Assembly (NCBI RefSeq): GCF_002113885.1
Contig: NW_018403686.1
Coordinates: forward strand, 459,961 to 523,960
Length of the DNA: 64,000 nucleotides
From: Mizuhopecten yessoensis
Lineage: Eukaryota
Direction: 5' to 3'
Shown here: positions 14,701 to 26,028 of the stretch, piece by piece
How the letters are laid out: each line of letters begins with the position of its first letter
Position numbering within the stretch: position 1 is the first letter of the stretch
Notes under the pieces: generated by a model
What the model saw: the letters and a program-made list of their open reading frames with translations, nothing else
What the model was told of the DNA's origin: nothing
The model's database searches: none
Position numbers and translations under genes: made by a program

Positions 14701-14802
14701 TAAGCAATATTATTGTATTCATTTCTGTTTTCAGGGCTTCAACGTTTTCGTGCAGTTTTAATAAAACTACAACAGAGAGAAAGCTACATGTGCCCAAAAT
14801 AG
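5680..14802 (+). CDS. ACCS: ACC-synthase-like PLP-dependent enzyme (ACCS-like), copy A, 13 coding exons, 428 aa
   Basis: Manually spliced with GT-AG introns and consistent phases: 5680-5781, 6135-6194, 6478-6554, 6935-7004, 7651-7717, 8620-8714, 9046-9120, 9518-9618, 9709-9838, 10377-10518, 13249-13394, 14174-14327, 14735-14802 (1287 nt, open to TAG). Motifs: YDxxxNPxG-YIDLGLAENKLC, PTPAY, SPSNPTG, DEIY, WGLSK-DFGLSGFRCG (PLP Lys), FFWMDL, PGWFRL. An acceptor 2 nt before the ATG implies an upstream exon that I did not locate. Confidence 0.93.
6135..6194 (+). CDS. ACCS-like A exon 2
   Basis: GYIDLGLAENKLCEDLWLKK; gtaagt donor. Confidence 0.9.
6478..6554 (+). CDS. ACCS-like A exon 3
   Basis: IAEISRSTDCVSKDVLYYYNPCGLY(R); gtaagt donor. 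Confidence 0.88.
6935..7004 (+). CDS. ACCS-like A exon 4
   Basis: VRKTFSKFIEEHFKSTIRIKEEN. Confidence 0.88.
7454..7616. repeat. 80-bp tandem duplication in intron 4 of copy A
   Basis: TAAGGCTTCCCGCTAACAATACTCGAAAAT... at 7454 and 7534, 3 mismatches. Confidence 0.9.
7651..7717 (+). CDS. ACCS-like A exon 5
   Basis: IILLDGVAATLNALAFALADVG. Confidence 0.9.
8620..8714 (+). CDS. ACCS-like A exon 6
   Basis: DVFLCPTPAYINLKYDMLDIGGVDIYEVPMFD. Confidence 0.92.
9046..9120 (+). CDS. ACCS-like A exon 7
   Basis: EECSADPCKMRTDLLGSYLQRAKQE. Confidence 0.87.
9518..9618 (+). CDS. ACCS-like A exon 8
   Basis: GFNVRGVILTSPSNPTGKVYTPHELADLMEFCK(R). Confidence 0.93.
9709..9838 (+). CDS. ACCS-like A exon 9 (PLP lysine)
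   Basis: EDLHVIFDEIYALS...DPDKTHFIWGLSK. Confidence 0.94.
10377..10518 (+). CDS. ACCS-like A exon 10
   Basis: DFGLSGFRCGVVYS...GILSDT. Confidence 0.93.
10614..11998 (-). mobile_element. HINE/Helentron-like element with internal ~145-bp tandem repeats, in intron 10 of copy A
   Basis: One end CCAGGTGAGCTAAAAA with a GGAC microsatellite, the other end AACAAGAGGCCC; 4-5 copies of TTTGACCCCTGTGACCTTGAA..CAAGGTCATTCATTTGAACAAAC; a second family fragment is nested at ~10905-11320. Confidence 0.72.
12195..13170. mobile_element. MITE-like element with imperfect TIRs and subterminal CGATGTG(T/C)G repeats
   Basis: Left end TGTTAAAGTTGTGGGATCGCACAACG; right end reverse complement TGTTAAAGTACAGTTGTGTGACCGCACAACG; a partial copy lies at ~27660-27985. 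Confidence 0.6.
13249..13394 (+). CDS. ACCS-like A exon 11
   Basis: EWLNNTYFPTYYNRA...VIFFWMDLSQ. Confidence 0.92.
14174..14327 (+). CDS. ACCS-like A exon 12
   Basis: FLKERTSEEEMKLF...PGKEMFCQVPGWFRLAF. Confidence 0.92.
14735..14802 (+). CDS. ACCS-like A exon 13 (last coding)
   Basis: GLQRFRAVLIKLQQRESYMCPK*. Confidence 0.85.
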
Positions 14803-16339
14803 ATTTAGACGTCACAAACAAACTGTAATATTTCCCTAATTGAGAAATAGATATGAAAATAGGTTCTAGCGAAATTAAAAACTAAATAATAATAATTAAA
14901 GATGGTTTCCCGATGTTTATGGAAATTTGGTTACCGCAAAACAATTTCTGGTTTTGTATCTATTATTTCTTGCTGGTCTACAATTTCATCTTTGTTGTAG
15001 CGGCATAGGTAGGGTTGCCGATTGTAGATGAATACATCGACCAAACTAATTCCAAAAAAATATGCAAGATTGATTGTGCAAGTCATAATCCTTTTACGAT
15101 ATAATCGTTTCTTTCCAATTTTCACGTTATTAATTAATTAATTAATTCATACATAGCATAGTATATTATTGAGTAGCAAAGCACAGCATACATGGCATAC
15201 AAATTAATTAGTATATTATATGAAGTAGTGTTTCTAGTTAAGATAAGAGTTTGCTAATTTGGCTGAGAAAGGAATAAAACAATTGAAAAACATTTTAATA
15301 ATAGTTTGATTGACACAATAATAATTAGGAATGTCAAACACTTCAAATATTGAAAAAAATATAATTTACCAATAAATCAACTTAACAAAATTTCATTCCT
15401 TAAAAACAAATCAAATTCTGTTAAAGGTACTTCCTACATTTTAAACATAGTGAAGTGCACCACAAACCTTAGGCAGTATTTACATTTGCATCTAACGACA
15501 ACTATTTTGTTGATTTTGAGATGAACTACACGTTTCTGTAGAAGATAATTTGTTTCATATAATTAATAAGCAGTCATGATTGCACTCTACTTAATGAGTT
15601 TGGATAACTCTGCACATTATCGCAGAACATATTTAGCGTCAACGCATTAAAAAGTTGAATCTAAACGTGACACTCTATCTGTATTTCTTTAATTGATTAA
15701 ATCTAAAAAGTATGCCGACATAACCTGTACCAACTGAAAACTGATACAAGATGCATTCATCATTCGACAATATTCATATCATTTTTACAGATACACTGTA
15801 TTTGTTTTATATTCGTCGCTGTAGAACTTCAAAATTCTAATTTCAAACGGTTTTTGTATTAAGATATTTGTTATTTATAAGATCAAAAGAAATCTTCAAA
15901 CCTAAGGCATTTTATGTTTTTCATCAACATATACAATTCTGTCATTCTTTTTTAAATAACCAAAACGGTGAAGAGATCTTTAAGCATTATCAAAGTTATA
16001 CGTTGTTCCGGACCTTCTTGTATTTTTTTCCGCTCTGAATAACTTCCAATAGTCTTACCATAATCATCTTACATGGACATGCTGAGACTGGTTCTGTTGT
16101 TCTTTTTTTGCCTGAAAACATTTGTCACGTGGTGCATTTGCTTTATTTGCGTCCGTCGTCCGTAAACGTTTTCTTTTTCTGGTTTCTCGATGAAAATATA
16201 CATATTAAATCCTGATTCGGTACTGGTATCAAACACGTGGTCATGTTTTTGTTATGAACTCCTACCATTAATTGGCTGTATCGGCAGATTGAACTAATTC
16301 TTATTGGAACCCCTCTGTATTATACACCCACGGCTATTA

Positions 16340-19300
16340 CTATTTGATTTGTCCACACGTACTACGTAATTGCAAGCGTGCATACTCTGTATCGGTTGAA
16401 GGTTTGAATGTGTTGTAAATATAGCTATAGTAACGTGAGTGTCCTAATGACAATGAATGGAAGGCTGAGAATGTGTCCAGGTCCAGCGCTCGTGTAAGTA
16501 GCTTGCTATGTTTGTACTTGCATCTACATATTGTAAATAGTGACTGTCCCTATAATTATCCTATCATTTCAAACATATTTTCATTGAAGTATCACCTGCA
16601 TACATTTCATATATTCACACTTTTGTGTATACTGTTGCTGTACGTCATGCCTACCACATACTGTTAGAAACCTAATATCATTCATCAATATTGATAACGG
16701 TTAATGATTGTAGCATGTGTGTGTAGGGGGTGACGCATCGCAAAATATCACTTACCAAAATGAAATTGATTTTTTCATATCTACACAGTTCACATGGAGA
16801 GGATATTTTGAATATAATATTTATGCTTATCATCAAAATTGAACTTATTTTACTGTGTATGGATATCCATACCAATCCCGGTCCTCCAGGTAATATGGGA
16901 AACTACTCACTCCTTGATGACATATCAATTGCACATTTGAAGATATGCTCACTTAGAAATAAAACTGAAATCCTTGAGACTGAACTTGCCTAACATGACA
17001 TCATCTGCCTTACGGAAACTCATCTCAATGACTCTATCCCTGACGATGCTATTTCTTTATCTGATCACCCTCATATTTTCCGGAAAGACAGACTTGATAG
17101 AAGAGGTGGAGGAGTTCTTATTTATACCAATGACAAAATTATATCTAAAAGGAGACTAGACTTAGAGAAAGCAGATTTAGAAATCATTTGGATTGAAATT
17201 ACCCTTAGTCATAGAAAAATACTCTTAGGTTGCATCTATAGACCCCCAAACTCTGTTGTAGATTATTGGAGTAAACTTGATGATGCCTTGGACAATATCA
17301 CTGAACTTGGTAAAGATTATATACTTATTGGAGACATCAATCAGGATATGCTAAACGTATAACCAAATTATCACATCATCTAAGTTTTGCATTACTAATA
17401 TTAGTCACGAACCTACAAGAACTACTCCTACCTCTTCTACACCAACAATACTGATATCCCTCTGTCCAAAACTCCAATTTGTAGTGACCACAGTCCAATT
17501 AGTTGCCATATATCTTTCAAAACTCATAAAAAATCTGCATATAAAAATACAATTATGTACTTAAGTGATACTGACTTTGTTAATGCTAACATCTATTTAT
17601 CTAATATTGATTGGGATACATGTTTGAATGAAAATGTTGATATAGAGACTATGAATAATTTTATTTCCAGTGAAATTCATAATTGTATTGAAAAATATGT
17701 ACCACATAAAATTGTCACTATTCGTCCAAATGATAAAGTCTGGATGAACAATGATATTAGATTACACATTAGGAAACGAAATCGTCAACATACCAGGGCC
17801 AAACATACTAATACTACTGCAGCCTAGCAAACATTTAGATATATGCGAAACACAGTTATTGACCTTGTAAGAGAAGCTAAGCAAAATTATCTTCTTAAAC
17901 TCCAAAATTCCCTTATTGACAAATCTATTCCTCCAGGGAAGTGGTGGCGGGTTGCAAAGTCTATTATGAACATTAACAATAAATCAAACAATGATGCTCC
18001 TCTTGTAATAAATGGCGAACTTAAATCACATCCTGTGGATAAAGCAGAATCTTTTAACTCATACTTCACCTCTGTCTCTACTTCTGACAAAACTGACCTT
18101 GACATTCCTCCTAATTGTCCTATCTCACAAGAAAAAATATCTTCCATTATTATCACTGCACAGGATGTTCATGATCAGCTCCAACTTATTAATGTAAAAA
18201 AAACCTGCTGGTCCAGATGCACTTCCGCCTTATTTTATTAAAGGTATTGCTGACTCTCTTGTAAAGCCCTTACTGTTAATTTTTAACAAATCCATATCCA
18301 CTGGTTGCATACCTAATATTTGGAAGTGTGCTAATGTTACCCCAATATATAAGGGCAAGGGAGGAAGAGATGACCCCAGTAACTATAGACCAATCTCTGT
18401 CACATCATTATTTAGTAAAATTCTTGAAAAAAAAGTTTTTAAACATCTCTTTAATTTTCTATCTGAGAATAATGTTATATCAAAAAATCAGTCTGGCTTC
18501 CTTCCCAATGATTACACAGTTAACCAATTAATATATTTATCTGATGAAGCTTCAAAACAACTTGATCAAGGAAAAGAGGCAAGGATAGTATTTTGTGACA
18601 TCAGCAAAGCTTTTGACAGGGTTTGGCACAGTGGATTGATTTACAAATTGAAGAAATATGGAATTTGTGACGACGTTTTGAACTGGATTCATTGCTATCT
18701 TACTGATAGACAACAAAGGGTATAAGTAGATGGCTACAAGTCAAATTTACAAACATTAAAAGTTGGTGTACCCCAAGGCTCGGTTCTCGGGCCTTATTTA
18801 TTTTTAATATTTATTAATGACCTAGAAGATGAACTCCAATCCCATGTCAAACTCTTTGCTTATGACACTTTTCTTTATGTTTTGATAGATGGTGATGGCA
18901 GACATGCTGCAGATATTCTTAATGAGGATTTAAGGAGAATGTCTCTCTGGGCTGATAAATGGGGAATATCATTTAATCCAAGTAAAACTGAATCATTACT
19001 AATGTCTAATAAAAATAATTCTGAGACATCTCATCCAGATTTGGTATTCTCAAATAATGTTGTTATAAATGTCAAAAATCATAAACATCTTGGTTTGCTT
19101 TTTAACAGTCGTGGATCATGGTCTGACCAAGTTAAATATATATATGGAAAAAGCTAGATAGAAAATCTTTTAAAATAATAAATAATTCTTTTATAAGACC
19201 GACACTTGAATATGCTTGTGCTGTGTGGAATAATTGCACCCAGGGTGAACGTGACTTATTGGAATCAGTCCAATTAGAATGTCTCAGAATTATATCAAGT

Positions 19301-20200
19301 TTGAGAAGAGGTACAAGTCATAACTTAATATATAAGGAAGTTGGTGTAGATAAACTAAAAATAAGACGTGATAATTACCAATGTATATTATTTTTCAAGA
19401 TACTGCAGCATGACTGTCCTGACCATCTTTATGATTGTATCTTACCATATTTTAATAATGATATTAATCCTCGCCTTAGACATCATAGAAACTTTATTGT
19501 TCCCTTGTGCAGAACCAACTTGTATAGAAATAGCTTTTTTCTTAGAATGATGTCTCTATGGAATAGGCCAGACTGTATTTTTCCAAAACTAACTTCATTG
19601 AGCCAGTTAAAACTGGAATTACTTAAGGAAAGCACATACGTTTTGCAACCATTTAACTGTACGGATATTTTAAAATACGGTGGCTCCAGGAAGTTGAATA
19701 TAACATTATGTCAACTACGGAATAAAGTCAGCCAATTAAAATCAGATTTATATAATGATCATCTTACAGATAACCCTAAGTGTGACTGTGGTTTTATTAT
19801 TGAAGATGCAAATCACTTATTCCTCAATTGCCCCAAATATATAGATGAAAGACAAGTTTTATTCAATGCGTTATCTTATTACAACGTAATTGACAACATC
19901 ATCTTAAATACTGTTACTTTCACTAAGGGTGATATGAACCTTAGCAGTGAATCAAATACATTTATTCACTCATGTGTTCTGGGGTTTATTGGCAAATCTG
20001 GAAGATTTTAACTTAAACTATACTAATAATTATATTACAATGTGTTTATATTTGCTATGTTATAACAATAACTCTGGTGTAATTGGGAAGGATGGCACTG
20101 TGTATAGTGACAGTGTCTTTGAAATGCCTCCAACCAAACACTAGGCTATTCATAATTGAAGTAAATAGACTATATATTAATTGAAATGGTAAAATCTATG
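16340..20200 (+). mobile_element. Near full-length decayed CR1/L2-group LINE (APE endonuclease + RT)
   Basis: APE motifs (DIICLTETHL, RKDR..GGGV, YRPPNS, IGDIN, SDHSPI) and RT motifs (NYRPISV, QSGF, DISKAFDRVWH, GVPQGSVLGPLLF, LFAYD with mutated catalytic Asp, KHLGL); C-terminal CDCG..EDANHLFLNC; many stops and frameshifts. The 5' boundary is approximate. Confidence 0.92.
16844..16885 (+). other. 2A/StopGo-like peptide motif (LILLCMDIHTNPGP) at the LINE ORF N-terminus
   Basis: Matches the D(V/I)xxNPGP consensus with a hydrophobic upstream tract, immediately before the APE domain; His replaces the canonical Glu. Confidence 0.7.
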
Positions 20201-20205
20201 ATATT

Positions 20206-22460
20206 CTAGTTACATGTGAGTTTAATCCACTCGGGTATAGTTCGAGGGAAGGATGCCTTTCTGGTCTGGGTTTTTGAGTGGGGAATTTGGTGGTTTGTTC
20301 GTAATTTTCTAACTGTAGGGATTAATCTGTCTGATTTTACGATAGCGACTTTCTGGTTTACAATGTTATGAAGCATGTTCAGACGAGCATCTCTACGTCT
20401 ATCTGCTAGAGGGTGCAGCTTTAGGTGGTCCAACATTTCTCACACACTTGAGGTACGATGGTTGTATCTGTGCTTATTGAGCACATAGCGCGCTGCCCTT
20501 CGCTGAACCATTTCGAACATGTCAATATTTGTTTGAGTGCGAGGGTCCCATACTGTTCAGGCATACTCAAGTGATGGTCGAAATAATGATTTGTATGCCT
20601 GTACTTTGGCTGATGCTGAGCCAATTTTAAGATTTCGTCTTAAAAAGCCTAGCGTAGAATTTGCGTTTCTGCAGATAGTATTTATATGTGAATCCCATTA
20701 AGGTCAAATGATAGTGTTACACCCAGATACTTGGCCTGACTAAGATGTTCCAGTATGTGTCTATGTAAAGTATAATTATGGACTATTGGAGTTTTGTTTT
20801 TAGTCACCGACAACACATTGCATTTGTTTGGATGGGAGATCATTTTCCATGTATTTTCCGAGAGCGCTAGTTTGTCAAGATCTTTTTGAAGTGTTTCAGC
20901 ATCACTGTTTGACTTGATAACTAGATATGCAATAGTGTCGTCTGCAAATAAACGAATTGTAGCCTTTAGACCCACAGGGATATCGTTTATAAACTAAAGA
21001 AATAAACTGGGTCCCAAAACTGACCCCTTGGGTACCCCGGAATGGACATTGACAAAATCAGACTTCTCCCCTTCAACGACTACTGTCTGAGTTCTACCGG
21101 TCAGGAAACTCTCGATCCAGTTTGCGACATTTCCACGTATGCCATAATGTTTTAGTTTATGGTTTAGGAGAGTCTTAGCAAAGTCCATTATTAGGATATC
21201 TGTTTGGCGTCCCTCATCAAGATTCTTTGAGATGTCATCCAAAAATTCAAAAGTTGGATTTCGCATGATCGCGATTTGCGAAAACCATGTTGGAACGGAT
21301 ACAATATGTTATGGGTATCGACATGGGTCATGATAGTTGAGACCACAATGTGTTCCATAATTTTGCTACAGATACAGGTCAGAGATATGGGCCTGTAGGT
21401 TTCTGGGTGAAATTTTGGACCCTTTTTATAAGCAGGTGATACATTTGCAGATTTCCAGTCTGAAGGCACTATGCCTGTTTCCAGAGACTGATTAAATATT
21501 AGGGTTAAAATCAGGGCTATTCTGTTACAAGCTCTTTTAATACTCTGGGTTTGATGTCATCAGGGCCCGAGGCCTTGTATGGATTTAGGCATTGGAGCAG
21601 TTTTAGGACGCCCTTTTTATGTATAGAAATTTTAGGCATGGCGGGGTGTTTATCGTGAGTAGGCTTGTTACATCTAGTTTACCGTCCTTTTTCAGAGGAG
21701 CTATGCCATTATGGTCTGATCTTTTGGGTTTTATATATGACCTAAACCCCCTTTTTCAGGAAAAAAATGTTTTCATTGGTTGTGTTTTCTGGTGTAATGA
21801 TATTATCAATATGGCTCCAGTAAGATGTTCGAAGTTTTCTCTGTAAATGATGTTTCAGGTTTATATACTTATTTTTTATTTCAGTGTCTCCTGATTTGTT
21901 TGATCGTTTGTGCAATATATTTCTTCTCCTGATAAGTTTCTTTGTGTCAGGGGTAACCCAAGGTAGGCTGGGTTTTGTCTTAAATATCTTGTGGGGGATA
22001 TGTTCTTTTATGAGTTTAGACAATTCAATTTTGAAGTACTCCCATATTTTGTTTACGTCCCACTCGCTATTTTCTGTCATACAGTTGTACACGTTGATAA
22101 GCTCAGCTATAATTGAATTCCAGTTTGAGTTTTTATATACTGGGATGGATCTTGGTTTTTGAATATTTTTTTGTGGGGTAAGGTTCAACTCTGCTGTCGT
22201 GGTCAGAGAGACCAGGGATACTTTCTGTTCGAATAATTTGGTTTGGGAAATTTGTAATGAGGAGATCAAGGATATTTTCATTTCTGGTGGGTTGATCGAT
22301 TAACTGGGTGAGTGCCGTGTCATCCAGTAAGTTGGCAAAATCATAGTGTATTTTTACATGATTTGTTTTGGGTTTGAGTACTTTATTTTTCCAGTCCCAG
22401 CCAGGGAGATTGAATTCGCCACCTATAATGAGGGCTGCATTATTAATTTTGGCGGCTTCT
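20206..22460 (-). mobile_element. Decayed LINE (APE + RT, CR1/L2-like), tail-to-tail with the previous LINE
   Basis: GEFNLPGWDW, PTRNENILDL, GLSDH, YRPISLTCICSKIMEHI, QHGFR, GVPKGSVLGPSLF, RLFADDT, KYLGV, FPRTIPEW; frameshifted. Confidence 0.92.
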
Positions 22461-24829
22461 TTGATGGAATAGCTAAACAATCTCATCCTGTTAAAAACCA
22501 CAACACTTCAAAAGGTATTTATACACAATCTAAAACCTTATCGATACCCTCGAATTTTACAAGGTTATATAAATGCTGAATTTTAGTGTTGTGGTTATTC
22601 ACTGATGGTATGCCTAACTCAAAATCTCGAAACCGTGCCCTGTGTGATGACGTTGAAAAGCTTGGTCATTTCGTATCTAGAATGGCGCTTATAATAATTT
22701 TGTGGTACCTACACATCTTATAATAAATTTATATTGTCATAATTTGTCAAGTTGCTTCATTTTTTGCGATGACCTACTTTGCTAAATGCTAACGAACCCC
22801 GACAGTTCTCTGACTATTGATACCGAAAGTATCTGGTGGCCATGTATGCACCTTCACTGAACGAATCAATGTAAATTGCAGTATACAGTCTCATATACTG
22901 GAATTTCGTTTACTAACGACATATAGGCAAATGCAACACAGAATGAAAATATTTATGCTACATTTCTAATTCGGAAAAAATCCTCAAATTTTATAAATAA
23001 ATACTTAGTCACTCTCTTTGAGGGTGGCCTTTTTCATTTACAGTCCGTGTTGTGTCGTTTCTTGTTATAGTGAGTTAAAAAACAATAAGTGGTTGTATCC
23101 TCACCTTACACGAAAAGTCTTGGAGCTTGTTCGTTTACATTTAAAACATTAAATACTTTAATCTTTAGCCGAATCCATTGATTTTCGTTTTTAATTTTAA
23201 GCTTTGCATTACATGAATGTGCTATATTTGTTCGATAAGTTTCATGTGTCATTCTAAAAGCTTCCATATTGCACAGCGTATTACTAGTATATTAATGCAA
23301 ACTCGTAAAGTTGGACATCTGTCATCTGAAACTGTTGTCGCATACATTACAAAATATTTGCAAGTATAACTTGTTAAGTGAACCATCTATGAATGAACAT
23401 AATAAATGTAGAGTTATTCGTACTTAATAATATAACTTTTTAAATTAATAAAGGGTAACTTATTTTGATATAAATCCAATTCCAATATGACCCCGCGAAA
23501 CAGAGACACTATGTATATGACACGGACGATACAAACGTTACAGAGTATAATCAGACTTTAGACATATAATGTATAATAATACATTGGTCATTCAATATAC
23601 AACAGTTATAATTTTGATTTAAGAGACAATCAATATCAGAGTGATAACACATGGTTAAAACATTGCTTCAAATAAAGGTTTTTGAAGATGCTAACAGTAA
23701 AAGCTTCTCTCAAAGCATCACTTAAGTCATTACGTTATTCAACTCAGGTGCGAGGGCTATTCAATACATCATGTTATTAGTGACAGAAATCATATGCTTA
23801 ATACTCAAAATAGTTAAGGACCTACTCTGCTAAGATTTAAATCACGTTTAAATCTAGTGTACCATGTCTTTATTTAATTGAACGAATAGTGATCTATTTT
23901 AAAAGCAAACATGCATCTTGAAAATGTGTCAAAAACAAAAAGTCTATAATTTACAGAACGCTTTTACGTGGGGAAAATGCCCAACTAAGCAGCCATATAA
24001 ACATATTTGTTCTTACGCTCTGCGTAACGTCAAAATTGCAACTATTTTGACACTTGACTAAAACAAATTCATTGCGTCGGCAGCAAAAAAAATAAAAGAA
24101 GCAGAGCGATCCCGGAATGTTCTGATTGTTTTAAGAAGAAAAACGCAATTAAAACATTTTGAAGATATTGAATGAAAGTGTTCTGCTGACGATCAAAATG
24201 ATACATGTTACAAAAATAATCTCAGCTAAATTTGAATTCGTATGTTTGACCGAACTTACCAAAAACCACGAGCACACGGACTTATCATTTTTCTGTATTT
24301 TTTTATTCTCTGATATTGTTCTCTTTAAATAAGGCGTGTCTAAAAAAAGTGAGACCGTAGAACCATTTTGACTTGTCACAAGAGTGAAAAGATAAAGACA
24401 TCACGTGTTGCGGCGGGGATAGCAGATCATCGAGTTTGGAAAATGGAAACACAGACTAATTCTGAAAATGTAAACTTGATCTGTTCCTCGACAGATAAAA
24501 TAGACTGCCAATCGTAACTGCATTTGCTTCTATTTCGGAAGCTTGTGCAGCATACAGTCTGACCAATCGTAGCCTATCTCCGAGCGGGAAATTCAATCCG
24601 GAACGAATGTAATTGAACTCTGTCAACATCACGTCATGAGTATATTGTACGTCTGTTGTTATCTTTAAATACATTACTAGATACACGTTTCATAAATACA
24701 TACGTCCATAATTCTTATATTTAACGCTAATTATAAAAAAGAAGACGTTTGTGGTTTTAATGTTCTCTCTCTCTCAGCAATAATTTATGCCCTGTCTTTG
24801 CTGTCGTGTTTTTGTTTAATTTTTAGGAC

Positions 24830-25290
24830 GAATCGACTGAAAAGATTATCAGGACTAGTTACGAAAGCCTCATCACGTCCATATATTTCACTTTTAGATA
24901 TATCGACGATATCCTGTCATCAAATAACGCGAAACTGTGATCACGTTGATTCCAGATACCTGTCTTAACCTCATATACTAATCCCGCCTTACTCGATTTA
25001 AGTAGGCAATATGGCCACAATGGACTGCTGACTGATCAGCGGGACGATTATCAAACCATAATATTCCCTTCCTTATAATTCACATTCCTGATTCTCACAC
25101 TTCACAGTGTTGACAAGTTGACGTTTATGCGGTATTCATGATTCGGTCCTAGTAATCGACTGCTGCCAGGCATACTTACAACACAAGGTCTTGAGTGGGG
25201 AAGGTTGAAGGCTATGAACAAGTTTAATGGTCACCATAATATTCTTATTGGAAAACATATCGATCTTCCTAAGTAAAGATTTTTGAAAAA
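24830..25290 (+). mobile_element. Degenerate Penelope-like element RT remnant
   Basis: FTFRYIDDILSSNN at ~24887-24928, followed by DQRDDY../FPSL and KFNGHH-like remnants of the YDKRDDF..FPFL and KFYGRH motifs. Confidence 0.65.
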
Positions 25291-25948
25291 GTACTCTCCT
25301 TCAGACATCTTACTCTTGCGTTTTGACTTCTATGTCAATCATGTGTGTAAGATTTATACAGATATAATTCAACGTGAAGTAAGGGTACTGAAGTAAAGCA
25401 CGACATTCTGCTGCGGGTTGAGGCGTGCCTGTACGCATTACACAGAAATATTTGATTGTTTTTCTGTCACACTTTTCTTCACCCGCGCCATCATCAAGCG
25501 TGCATGCAATATGTGGCAACCGTTTGACTAGACCATTGTTAAGCTGTGGATAGAGACGATGGAGACGTCTTGATTACTATAGCGCGTATGAGCTATTTTC
25601 CCCTTGGTAGGTAAGTATACGGACATACAAAAGACATATGATGAAAAGAATCTTTTATTTCAATTTTAAATGTCAATCAATTTCAGATTCACTGTATGAC
25701 GTCCTTTATAATATAAAACAATCCGCTTATTCGCTAAAATGAATTGGTTAGAAAAACTCCAGTCATCAGCGAACAATCATGTACGATTGTCTGAAAATAA
25801 ACCGTTATTTGTTTGTTATTCATTGGAATATCTACAAATGTTAACAACAACACAAAATGTTGTCTCACCATATGTCTCACTAATGTGTATTACCCATTTA
25901 TTAAAAACGTTGAGCGAATACACATTTGATTTTGCTGCAATGTTCCTT

Positions 25949-26028
25949 TTACGACTGAAACTGTTTAAGACGCTCAAAGCTGTCTTCCTTTCGTATTGCT
26001 GTTAAAACTGCAACGAAACGCCGAATCC
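25949..26028 (-). CDS. ACCS-like B exon 13 (last coding)
   Basis: GIRRFVAVLTAIRKEDSFERLKQFQS*. Confidence 0.85.

Noticed and set aside
5680-14802. Horizontal transfer of a plant ACC synthase
   Set aside because: The 13-exon architecture and motifs (ENKLC, SKDFG, WMDL) fit the metazoan ACCS family, and the key plant Gln and Arg are absent
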